NCBI GenBank assembly: GCA_038851075.1
Contig: JAWCLG010000008.1
Span: 1-44,566 of the forward strand
Direction: 5' to 3'
DNA length: 44,566 nt
Source of the DNA: Candidatus Hadarchaeales archaeon
GTDB taxonomy: Archaea > Hadarchaeota > Hadarchaeia > Hadarchaeales > Hadarchaeaceae
Part shown: in pieces, positions 8,446-16,532 of the stretch
How the letters are laid out: every line of letters begins with the position of its first letter
How positions within the stretch are numbered: the first letter of the stretch is position 1
Program-made: the position numbers and the translations under genes
The notes under the pieces: generated by a model
Told to the model about the DNA's origin: nothing
Databases searched by the model: none
Seen by the model: only the letters and a program-made list of their open reading frames with translations

Positions 8446-9069
8446 ATGAAGGTAGAGCTGATATCCATCACTCCCGATGCAGAGAGGCTCATCGAGGCAG
8501 CAGGCAGAACTTGCTACCTCTCGTTCGGGAAGCAGGGAAAGGGCACCGAGAAGTCGTTCATAAGGATGCTCATCAAAAGGGGGCATCTCTCGGTTCTGGA
8601 GCACGCCCACGCCACCTTCAGGATCTCCGGGGCTTCCAGGTCTTTCACCCATCAGCTGGTAAGGCACAGGCTCTGCTCGTATTCCCAGCAGTCCCAGAGG
8701 TACGTGGACGAGAAGAACTTCAGGTTCATCGAGCCGGAGTCGATAAAAAACAACGAAAAGGCTCACTCAATCTTCATGAGGTTCATGGAGGAGGCGAGAA
8801 ACACGTATGCTGAGCTCCAGAGGCTGGGAATAAAAAATGAGGATGCGAGGTTCGTGCTGCCGAACGCCGTGGAGAGCCAGATAGTGGTGACCGCCAACTT
8901 CAGGGAATGGAGGCACATAGTGGAGCTCAGGGGAGACCCAGGCGCCCAGTGGGAGATCAGACAGGTCGCAATAGAGATCCTCCGCATTCTCAAAAAGCAC
9001 GCGCCTGAGGTCTTCGCTGACTTCGAGATAGACGATGAGAAAAAGTGCATCAGAAAGGTCCAGATCTAG
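8446..9069 (+). CDS. thyX: FAD-dependent thymidylate synthase ThyX
   Basis: GHLSVLEH, ThyX motif RHRLCSYSQQSQRY, EDARFVLP and AQWEIR. Confidence 0.96.
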   Translation: MKVELISITPDAERLIEAAGRTCYLSFGKQGKGTEKSFIRMLIKRGHLSVLEHAHATFRISGASRSFTHQLVRHRLCSYSQQSQRYVDEKNFRFIEPESIKNNEKAHSIFMRFMEEARNTYAELQRLGIKNEDARFVLPNAVESQIVVTANFREWRHIVELRGDPGAQWEIRQVAIEILRILKKHAPEVFADFEIDDEKKCIRKVQI

Positions 9070-9470
9070 CGCTTTATGGACCTCTGTGCCAGCTGCGTCA
9101 TTCTTTTTTCGATGCGGTCCCGTATCTCTTCAGGGTCACCTTCTCCCCTGGCCAGGCTTGTGTAATCAAGCAGGTCGTCAATCATGAACTCCGCGGTTTC
9201 CAGGTCGATTATCCCCGCGTAAATCGCGAGCTCTATTGTGTAAAAGGAGCGCATCAGCACCTCTCTGCCCCTTTTCCACTGTTTCCATGCACCCGGCTGG
9301 CCAATCCTGAGTCTTCTTGAGATGTCCTGGAATGTCGCATCCTCGCTCCATGAGTGAAGCAGGAGGGCCTTGAGCGTTTTTTCCTTGAAGTGTGAGCGCT
9401 CCAGAAGCACGCGTGCGAGCAGGTTTTCTTTGAGCCACCTCTCAGCTTTTTCTATGTCCTCTCTGCTCAT
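9066..9470 (-). CDS. Hypothetical protein with putative HTH (sigma-70 region 4/Tfx-like)
   Basis: Helical 134-aa ORF with GGGGAG SD. TFQDISRRLRIGQPGAWKQWKRG resembles a helix-turn-helix. Confidence 0.55.
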   Translation of the reverse strand: MSREDIEKAERWLKENLLARVLLERSHFKEKTLKALLLHSWSEDATFQDISRRLRIGQPGAWKQWKRGREVLMRSFYTIELAIYAGIIDLETAEFMIDDLLDYTSLARGEGDPEEIRDRIEKRMTQLAQRSIKR

Positions 9471-9554
9471 TCCGGGTTTCTCCCCTTACTTCCATTTTTT
9501 GGAAGTAAAAATAAATCTTTCTCCTGAGTCTTGCAGGCCGCCTGTCCTGGAACT

Positions 9555-10427
9555 TCAGATGTCAGGTTTCCTCCTGAAGAAAGATATTCGATTCCCCTTT
9601 TTGACAGCGTTTTCGTCTATCGATCCGCCTTTCTCAGCAGCGTACCTGAGAGCCATGCTGGCAATCTTCAGAGCCTTTCTTGGTATTCCTCCGCTGAGCC
9701 TGTAAATCGTTTCAAATCCCTTTTCCGTAAGTAAAACAGACCCGTTTTCGCATCCTGCGTTTTTAATCCTCAGATCAAGTATCGCCCTCATCTTTTCCCT
9801 GTTCAGCGGATTTATCTCGACCCTGACCTGTACCCTGTCCCTGAGGGCTGGCACCTCCTCAAGAAACCTTGCCATTTTTCTGGGCTCTCCGTTGATCAGC
9901 ACGGTTATATTGGGAATATCTACCAGGACCCTCAGAAATTCGCCTATATCTCTGGGATTTATCCTGCTCTCGTGTATGTCGTCAACCACTATAGCCAGCC
10001 TTTCAGCATGCTCCTTGGGCCACCTGCGGAGAATCTCGAACATGCTCGCCCTGTCCCTGTTGGGGTCCATCTCGAGCCCGAGCATAATTGCCCTGAGTAT
10101 CTCGTCCATAGATTTGTAAGCCGCACCGTGGATGAAGACCGCAATCACGTTTTTTGAGGGTTCCTGTGACAGTAGGCTCTCTTCGCGCAGGGCGGTGACG
10201 AGAAAGCTGCACAGCGTGGTCTTCCCGGTTCCGAGCCCTCCGGTGATGACGCCCAGTTTTCCGCCCGTCAGCACCCATTTCAGTTTCTTCAGGTCATCTT
10301 CCTGAACCGGAACAAACATATCTATTGAGGAGAGCTCGAGCTTGAAGGGATCCTCTTTGAGCCCCCATCTCATCAGGTAGTCCTCGAAAACCTGATCCTT
10401 GCCTATTTTATCCTCGAAAAGAGTCAT
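9555..10427 (-). CDS. ExeA/GspA-like (AAA_22, TnsC-related) AAA+ ATPase
   Basis: N-terminal YLMRWGLKEDPF (ExeA-like YxxxFGLxxxPF), Walker A GGLGTGKT, Walker B IVVDDIH, Arg-finger ALRDRV and sensor SGGIPR. No C-terminal TM segment. Confidence 0.82.
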   Translation of the reverse strand: MTLFEDKIGKDQVFEDYLMRWGLKEDPFKLELSSIDMFVPVQEDDLKKLKWVLTGGKLGVITGGLGTGKTTLCSFLVTALREESLLSQEPSKNVIAVFIHGAAYKSMDEILRAIMLGLEMDPNRDRASMFEILRRWPKEHAERLAIVVDDIHESRINPRDIGEFLRVLVDIPNITVLINGEPRKMARFLEEVPALRDRVQVRVEINPLNREKMRAILDLRIKNAGCENGSVLLTEKGFETIYRLSGGIPRKALKIASMALRYAAEKGGSIDENAVKKGNRISFFRRKPDI

Positions 10428-11128
10428 GCAATCACCTGAACCGCAAGCTCATAGGTTCCGTTTTTCTCAACAAGATATCCCTTCTGCACCATTCTTTCGC
10501 AGAAAACACGGGAGAGCTGTGTAGGGCACCTGCTCCTGGCGGCGATTTCTTCAACGGTGAACCTTCCGAGTGAGATGGCAGCAGATATCATATCTCCGAA
10601 TGCAGTTCTCTGAAGAAGCCCTGATGGGGAGAGTTCTTCCAGTAAATGCATTCTGGAAACCTCTTTTTTTGTCAGGGTGTCTTTTAATTCATTTTTTTCA
10701 TTTTTTAATTCAATTTTTTCATTTTCTTCATTCTCCGGAAAGCCCGCGCATGATTTACACAGTGTTTTTATCTCTTCAGGGGCCCCCGTACAGTCCCGAG
10801 GATGAACTGTGAGATTTTTGGTTGCCCCGCATCTTGTGCATCTGTGCCCGTCTCTTATCATGACGGCCTTCTTAACGAGTGATACATCGTCTTTGCAGTT
10901 GGTGAAAACGAATTCCAGAAAGCTTTTCATGAGATCTGGGCTACTGGACTCGTTTTCAATAGTGCGTGGAGCTCCGAGAATGCGGTTAATCTCACTTTCA
11001 GGAACCCTTCTTTTCCCTCCCTGAGGCCTCACAATCCTTATTTTACCCTCGCGATCCCATCTCCTGAGAGTGTTTGGGTGTATTCCGAGCCTTTCACATG
11101 CCTCTCCAACACTCACAAGTTTCTCCAT
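10424..11128 (-). CDS. MerR/Xis-like (IS607-type) HTH + degenerate HNH Zn-finger + C-terminal winged-HTH protein
   Basis: EACERLGIHPNTLRRWDREGKI..RPQGGKRR, then RDGHRCTRCG..LTVH..TLCKSC, then FTVEEIAARSRC...MVQKGYLVEKNGTY. ATGA overlap with the ATPase gene. Confidence 0.75.
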   Translation of the reverse strand: MEKLVSVGEACERLGIHPNTLRRWDREGKIRIVRPQGGKRRVPESEINRILGAPRTIENESSSPDLMKSFLEFVFTNCKDDVSLVKKAVMIRDGHRCTRCGATKNLTVHPRDCTGAPEEIKTLCKSCAGFPENEENEKIELKNEKNELKDTLTKKEVSRMHLLEELSPSGLLQRTAFGDMISAAISLGRFTVEEIAARSRCPTQLSRVFCERMVQKGYLVEKNGTYELAVQVIA

Positions 11129-11134
11129 CCTATC

Positions 11135-11256
11135 AAAAATTAACTAAATCTAACAATATATAAATCTAACTAAATCTAACAATATCTAACAAAAATTAAC
11201 AATTTATAACTAAATAGTTAAAATTTGTTAGAAATGGTTAGGTTTGGTTAACATAT
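11135..11256. repeat. AT-rich array of 10-bp units ending in TAAC (7 direct + 4 inverted)
   Basis: TAAC ends at 11144, 11154, 11170, 11180, 11190, 11200 and 11210. GTTA starts at 11217, 11227, 11237 and 11247. TAAATCTAAC occurs three times exactly. Confidence 0.92.
11156..11163 (-). promoter_or_regulatory. TATA box of the HTH-HNH/AAA+ cassette
   Basis: Minus strand TTTATATA at 11163-11156, about 30 nt upstream of the ATG at 11128, formed by the 6-bp interruption of the array. Confidence 0.65.
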
Positions 11257-12261
11257 TCTCGGAGCTGGATCACCGGATGGGTACTCCATTATGCGCCTTC
11301 CGCCCATGGCTGTTTCGACGATAACCTGACCCGGATATTTATCCGTGGCTTCGCCTATGACTGCCGCCCTTCTACCGTACTTGGTTTTCCTTATCACTTC
11401 CAGAACTCTGTCCGCATATTCTCTTTTCACGCTCATCACGACCTTTCCCTCATTGGTTATCTGAAGAGGGTCTATCCCGAGGAGTTCGCCAGCCGCTCTC
11501 ACGGGCTCGGCCACCGGTATGTTCTCCTCTCTTATGAGTATGCCAGTGCCGCTCTTTGATGACATATCGTTGAGCGCGGCAGCGAGCCCTCCTCTGGTCG
11601 GATCCTTCATCGCTGTTACACCACCTACTTTCAGGGCGGCGTCCACGGTTTCCCATACCGGAGCCACGTCTGAGACAAGGTCGAGGTCAAGGTTTATCCC
11701 CTCCCTCTTTGCCAGTATTGTCATTCCGTGGTCCCCAATTGTTCCGCTCACTATTATAATGTCGCCCGGACAGACGCCCCTGTCAGTGATTATCCCTTCG
11801 GATATCCCTAGTCCTGTGGTTGTCAGCACCATGCCGTCCAGCTCCCCCCTCCCCATCACCTTCATGTCACCGGTCACCAGCGGGCATCCTGCCTCTTTGA
11901 GCGCCGAGTTCATGGATGCTGTGATCTTCTCAAGATCGCTTATTGGGAGCCCTTCCTCCGCGACCATCGCGCATGACATCGCCAAGGGTCTGGCGCCCAT
12001 CACGGCAAGGTCATTCACGGTGCCAGAAACCGCCAGCCTGCCGATGTCCCCTCCGGGAAAGAACAGGGGCTTCACTGTGTGAGAGTCCGTGGTCAGGACA
12101 AGCGTTCTGCCTTCCAGCTCCACCGTGGCACCGTCGTCGAGTTCGTCGAGGCCCACCCTCCCGGCTCTTCTCAGTTCGATGCCTTTCAGGAACACCTCTG
12201 AGATTAGCTCCATCATGGCCTTTCCGCCGGCTCCGTGTATCAGCATGACCTTCTCAGGCAC
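11248..12261 (-). CDS. hypE: Hydrogenase maturation protein HypE
   Basis: HGAGG, TTDSHTVKPLFFPGGDIG, GTVNDLA, KDPTRGG, NEGK and C-terminal PRIC. Confidence 0.97.
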   Translation of the reverse strand: MPEKVMLIHGAGGKAMMELISEVFLKGIELRRAGRVGLDELDDGATVELEGRTLVLTTDSHTVKPLFFPGGDIGRLAVSGTVNDLAVMGARPLAMSCAMVAEEGLPISDLEKITASMNSALKEAGCPLVTGDMKVMGRGELDGMVLTTTGLGISEGIITDRGVCPGDIIIVSGTIGDHGMTILAKREGINLDLDLVSDVAPVWETVDAALKVGGVTAMKDPTRGGLAAALNDMSSKSGTGILIREENIPVAEPVRAAGELLGIDPLQITNEGKVVMSVKREYADRVLEVIRKTKYGRRAAVIGEATDKYPGQVIVETAMGGRRIMEYPSGDPAPRIC

Positions 12262-12469
12262 CGCCGACCTCCTCCCAGGCCTTTATTGTCTCCTCCGCCG
12301 CCCTTTCGTCCAGCACCTGTATGGCAAATCCGGCGTGTACCAGAACGTATTCCCCCTCCCTGGCTCCGGGAACCAGGTCCATCCTGACGTCCCTCCTCAC
12401 CCCTCCGAAGTCAATTTTTGCCACGTTACCCTCGATTTTCAGGATTTTTCCGGGCACGGCAAGGCACAT
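12254..12469 (-). CDS. hypC: Hydrogenase chaperone HypC/HybG
   Basis: MCLAVPG N-terminus and YVLVHAGFA. Confidence 0.97.
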   Translation of the reverse strand: MCLAVPGKILKIEGNVAKIDFGGVRRDVRMDLVPGAREGEYVLVHAGFAIQVLDERAAEETIKAWEEVGGA

Positions 12470-12529
12470 GTTATCCCAATATGGCGATACGTTATATGCG
12501 TATTAGCGTATCTCTTGAGGAGGAGCGGA

Positions 12530-13219
12530 ATGATAAAGTTCGACTTTCACACCCACACCAGGCACTCTGACGGAAATGCGAGCGTTATCGAGATGGTGGA
12601 GGCAGCTGAGTCAAGAGGGATGGCGGCCGTGGCGATAACGGATCACGGTCCCGACACCTCGGTCGGAGTGCCGCCCTGGGAGATGGAATCCCTTCTTGGC
12701 GAGATAGAGGATGCGAGAAGGGACGCCGGAATAAGGGTGCTCTCCGGGATCGAGGCAAATGTTGTGGACGGTGCTGGAAACGTGGATGTTGACAGGAGAA
12801 TGATCGAGAGGCTGGATTTCGTGATTTTCAGCATCCACAGGATCGACGACCTGATCGATCCCTCAGAGGCGGCCAGGGAGTACATCTCGAGGATGACAAG
12901 AGCTGTGAGAAGAGGGGGAGCCAGCGTTATCGGCCATCCATTTCACTACCATCAGAGCCTGCTTCCATACCTTGAGAGGGAGGAGGTCGAGGAATTCGTC
13001 AGAACGCTTTCTGAGTGCGGAGTGGCAGTGGAGCTCAACATGAGGTACAGGGCTCCGGACGATGGTTTTCTGAGGCTGTGCCTGAGGGAGGGAGTGAAGT
13101 TCAGCATAGGGTCAGATGCCCATTCAGCTGAAAACGTTGGGAGGATAGACTGGGCGCTCTCAGCCCTGGAGAAGGTGGGCGCCAGAAGGGAGGACATGAT
13201 ACTTGACGGTTTCCTTTGA
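12530..13219 (+). CDS. PHP-domain phosphoesterase (YcdX/HisK-like)
   Basis: ATG at 12530 after GAGGAG. DFHTHT..SDG, ITDH, GIEAN, GHP and GSDAH metal-binding motifs. Confidence 0.9.
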   Translation: MIKFDFHTHTRHSDGNASVIEMVEAAESRGMAAVAITDHGPDTSVGVPPWEMESLLGEIEDARRDAGIRVLSGIEANVVDGAGNVDVDRRMIERLDFVIFSIHRIDDLIDPSEAAREYISRMTRAVRRGGASVIGHPFHYHQSLLPYLEREEVEEFVRTLSECGVAVELNMRYRAPDDGFLRLCLREGVKFSIGSDAHSAENVGRIDWALSALEKVGARREDMILDGFL

Positions 13220-13697
13220 CAAGAGCATAAGAGACCTTGCCGAGTTCGTGCGGGGAGCATCCCGCCTGGCGATAGTGGGCGTTGGCAGCGATATTCGCGG
13301 TGACGATGGGGCCGGTGTCGCTGTTTTAAGAGAGCTGAGGAAAAAACTCGGTTCTGGCAGAGCACTGCTCGTTGAGGGAGGCGTTTCACCGGAGAGCGTT
13401 ACCGGAAAGCTGAGGAAGTTCAGTCCTTCCCACGTGGTGCTCATCGATGCGGCGGATTTCGGGGGGGTGGCCGGGGAGATCAGGGTCATTGAGCCGGATG
13501 CCATCTCAGGAGTTTCGGTTTCCACGCACGCAATGTCGCTCTCCATCCTTTCGGAGTACATAGTCAGAGAGCTCGGGTCAAAGGTTATTTTGATAGGGAT
13601 TCAGCCCTCTCACGCTGGATTCAAAAGGAGAATGAGCGCAGAGGTCAGTCGATCTGTTTCTGAGCTCGCCACCGCGGTGAGCAGGATTATCACTTAG
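13203..13697 (+). CDS. hycI: Hydrogenase maturation endopeptidase (HycI type)
   Basis: GVGSDIRGDDGAG, LIDAAD, STH and IGIQP. Confidence 0.92.
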   Translation: MTVSFDKSIRDLAEFVRGASRLAIVGVGSDIRGDDGAGVAVLRELRKKLGSGRALLVEGGVSPESVTGKLRKFSPSHVVLIDAADFGGVAGEIRVIEPDAISGVSVSTHAMSLSILSEYIVRELGSKVILIGIQPSHAGFKRRMSAEVSRSVSELATAVSRIIT

Positions 13698-14001
13698 CAT
13701 ACTGGTCGAGAAATTCAAAGTCCTTGGTCATTCTGATAGCTCTGGTGGGACAGGCCTCGGCGCACTCTCCGCAGTAAGTGCACCTGCCGAGCCAGATCAT
13801 CGGAGTCTTGGTTTCTTTGTTTATGCTTATCGCCCTGTCCGGACATGCTCTTATGCACATCCAGCATCTTATGCATTTTCCGCTGTTTATGGTCGGCTTC
13901 CCCCGGTACCCATCGGGTGGCTCGGTCTTTTTCTTGGGGTACTTCACGGTGAATGGTCTTTTTAACAGATTTTTGAGAACACCCGGAAGGATTCTCGGCA
14001 T
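13690..14001 (-). CDS. mbhN: Mbh subunit N, 2x[4Fe-4S] (NuoI-like)
   Basis: PFTVKYP, YRGKP, CIRCWMCIRACP and CTYCGECAEACP. Confidence 0.88.
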   Translation of the reverse strand: MPRILPGVLKNLLKRPFTVKYPKKKTEPPDGYRGKPTINSGKCIRCWMCIRACPDRAISINKETKTPMIWLGRCTYCGECAEACPTRAIRMTKDFEFLDQYAK

Positions 14002-14963
14002 CAGGGCACCACCATCACCAGGGCCAGGCTCAGCGCCGCCAGCACAGTTGGAACGGTCCAGTAGAACTTCAGCGTCTGGTCGATGCGCAGCCTTGCCATG
14101 ATGTTTCTTGCCAGGGTTGTTAACATCACGATCAAAAAGGTTTTCACTAGGAAATCGACGAGCGGAGGAAATGTTATGCTCCCCAGAGAGTACGCTACAG
14201 GTCCTCCGAGCAGGACCGAGACAACCAGACCGACGACTGCAATCATCTCAACCCCGTAGGATAGCCTCCAGATGGCGAGCTTCGGACCTGAGTACTCGGT
14301 AAGCGGCCCGCTCACTATCTCGGTCTCGGCCTCAGGTATGTCGAACGGGACCCGCAGGAGCTTTCCCTGAACAGCCACAAGCATCGCAATTGCGGCTGGA
14401 ATCATCCTCCAGTCCAGTATCAGCCATCCGTGCTCCGCCTGATATCCCACTATTCCCGCGAGTCCCAGCGTACCGGCTCTTGCAGCCACGGCGGCAATGG
14501 TGAGTATAAAGACGAGCTCGTATCCCATCAGCTGGACAATGTGGCGCGTGGACCCCAGGGTGCCGAACGGGCCTCCGGATGAGTATCCGCCGAGCATCAG
14601 AAATATGGCCGGGAGGTTCATGAGATAGAGGAGAATCAGCAGATCCGCTGAGGTTGTCAGCACGGGACGTCCGGAGTTCACCGGTATGAGGAGAAGAGCT
14701 GCGACGGATGCCCCGAGCGCCAGCAGCGGTGCAGCGGTGAACAGGTGCCTGTGTGCCGATGCAGGTGTTATATCCTCCTTGCACATCAGCTTTCCGAAGT
14801 CTATGAACTCCTGCCAGACTGGAGGTCCGATTCTGTTCTGCAGCCTTCCAGTGACCTTCCTGTCGATACCTAGATACAGCAGCCCGATGAATGACGCGAA
14901 GAGAAGCCCAGGGAATACGAGAGTCCCGAAAATGAAATCGATTATCTCGATCACACGCTCCAC
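14001..14963 (-). CDS. mbhM: Mbh subunit M (NuoH-like membrane anchor)
   Basis: DRKVTGRLQNRIGPP, PFDIPEAETEIVSGPLTEYSG and ARLRIDQ. Confidence 0.92.
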   Translation of the reverse strand: MERVIEIIDFIFGTLVFPGLLFASFIGLLYLGIDRKVTGRLQNRIGPPVWQEFIDFGKLMCKEDITPASAHRHLFTAAPLLALGASVAALLLIPVNSGRPVLTTSADLLILLYLMNLPAIFLMLGGYSSGGPFGTLGSTRHIVQLMGYELVFILTIAAVAARAGTLGLAGIVGYQAEHGWLILDWRMIPAAIAMLVAVQGKLLRVPFDIPEAETEIVSGPLTEYSGPKLAIWRLSYGVEMIAVVGLVVSVLLGGPVAYSLGSITFPPLVDFLVKTFLIVMLTTLARNIMARLRIDQTLKFYWTVPTVLAALSLALVMVVP

Positions 14964-16102
14964 CTCTTCAGTTCATCAAGCGCCACTGTTTTCGTTTCAC
15001 ATTTTTCCGCGTCAACTATTGTTATCCTGTCGTTGCATCCGAAGCAGGGGTCGATGCTCCAGAGCACCACCGGTATCTCTGCCACCGTTGCTCCCATGAA
15101 CATCGGTTTCAGACAGGCAAAGGTTCCGTAGGTTGGAGTTCTTATCCTCACCCTCTCTGGCGAGTCCGTGCCGTTGGAGCGGACGTAGTAGAGAAGCTCA
15201 CCTCTTGGCGCCTCGGTCCTCCCCACCGCCTCGTTTGGCTGGATTCTCAGATCAACCTCGCGCCTTACCGGTCCCGGCGGCATCTTCTCCAGCGCCTGTC
15301 GTATTATTTGAATGGACTCCATTGTCTCTCTGAGCCTTACCATCCCCCTGGCCCACACGTCACCGGCTCGCTCGACAGGTACACTGAATGAAAATGAGCC
15401 GTATGCCCCGTAGCAATAGTCCCTTCTCAGGTCTGTGTCCATGCCAGAGGCCCTCGCAACCGGGCCGACCGCGGAAAACTTTACTGCATCGGAAGCGGTG
15501 AGCACCCCGACCCCGGAGCATCTGGCTAGAATTGTGCGGTCAGAGCTCCAGAGGTTGATGTATCCCTTAACGGACTTTTCAACTTTTTTCAATCTTTCGT
15601 TTATTTTGGCCAGATATTCAGGTTTTATGTCCCTCCTGACTCCCCCCACGATGTTGGTCGCCGAGTGAATCCTCCCGCCGGATATTATCTCCCGGATGTC
15701 CATGATGTGCTCGCGATCGCGCCATGCCAGCATGAACAGGGTGTCGAATCCCATTTCGTGTGCGGCAACTCCGAGCCAGAGCAGGTGGCTGTGGATCCTT
15801 TCAAGCTCCATTATCACTGCCCTTACGTACTTCGCCCTCTCAGGTGGTTCAAATCCGCCCAGCTCTTCAATTGTCTGGCAGTATGTGGTTGAGTGGACCA
15901 CGTTGCATATCCCGCATATCCTCTCCGCGAGATAGACTCCGTGCCTGTAACTTCTTCTTGCCAGCGCTTCCTCGATGCCCCTGTGCGCGTAGCCAAGCCT
16001 GATGTCCACATCTACGACCTCCTCTCCCCTGACTTCAAATTTGAAGAACTCAGGCTCCTTGAGCGCCGGATGCTGCGGACCAACCGGGATCATAAAGGTC
16101 AT
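14951..16102 (-). CDS. mbhL: Group 4 [NiFe]-hydrogenase large subunit (Mbh L)
   Basis: GPQHP..EPE, L1 motif ERICGICNVVH, L2 motif DPCFGCNDR plus a cleavable C-terminal extension. Start at 16102 (ATGA overlap) or 16120. Confidence 0.95.
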   Translation of the reverse strand: MTFMIPVGPQHPALKEPEFFKFEVRGEEVVDVDIRLGYAHRGIEEALARRSYRHGVYLAERICGICNVVHSTTYCQTIEELGGFEPPERAKYVRAVIMELERIHSHLLWLGVAAHEMGFDTLFMLAWRDREHIMDIREIISGGRIHSATNIVGGVRRDIKPEYLAKINERLKKVEKSVKGYINLWSSDRTILARCSGVGVLTASDAVKFSAVGPVARASGMDTDLRRDYCYGAYGSFSFSVPVERAGDVWARGMVRLRETMESIQIIRQALEKMPPGPVRREVDLRIQPNEAVGRTEAPRGELLYYVRSNGTDSPERVRIRTPTYGTFACLKPMFMGATVAEIPVVLWSIDPCFGCNDRITIVDAEKCETKTVALDELKRWSV

Positions 16103-16530
16103 GTTTTTTTCTCCCTCCATTCCTTCCTCAGCGGATATTCTCCCTCCGGCCAGTCATCCGGAATGAAGAGCCTTTTTGGATTAGGATGCCCTTCAACCCT
16201 GACGCCGAGCATTTCCATCAGATCGCGCTCGTAGAAGACCGCGCCCGGAAATATCTCGACGACTGTGGCCACTCTCGGATTGGACTTTGGGAGCGATATT
16301 TTGAGGTTCAGCACGGCCGGTCTGCAGTCAAAGTGGTATATCACATCTATGCTTTCCCCGACGTCAACGCCGGTGATCGCTGATATGTGAGTAACGCCAC
16401 CTGCGCGGAGCCGGCGGAGCGCATCGTGCAGGTTTCCGGGGTCGGTTCTCGCGAACAGACACCTATCGCTGACCGTCCTCACTTCCCGGGCTCCATCTCC
16501 GAGCAGCCTGGCTACTTCATCGGGATTCAT
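16099..16530 (-). CDS. mbhK: Mbh subunit K (NuoC-like)
   Basis: ISAITGVD, YERDLMEMLGV..EGHP and DDWPEGEYPLRK. Confidence 0.9.
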   Translation of the reverse strand: MNPDEVARLLGDGAREVRTVSDRCLFARTDPGNLHDALRRLRAGGVTHISAITGVDVGESIDVIYHFDCRPAVLNLKISLPKSNPRVATVVEIFPGAVFYERDLMEMLGVRVEGHPNPKRLFIPDDWPEGEYPLRKEWREKKT

Positions 16531-16532
16531 CC

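Noticed and set aside
10680-10735. AT-rich short tandem repeats inside the HTH-HNH gene
   Set aside because: They encode a low-complexity linker (ENEENEKIELKNEKNELK), stay in frame and do not share the TAAC core of the upstream array.
10424-11128. IS607-family transposon
   Set aside because: Only the N-terminal HTH resembles IS607 TnpA. There is no serine-recombinase catalytic motif (YARVS) and no tnpB.
11135-11256. CRISPR array
   Set aside because: Units are 10 bp and abutting, with no unique spacers and no cas genes.
14951-16102. Mbs/Mbx sulfane reductase or complex I NuoD
   Set aside because: Both CxxC nickel-binding motifs and a protease-cleaved tail are present, and hyp/hycI genes are adjacent.
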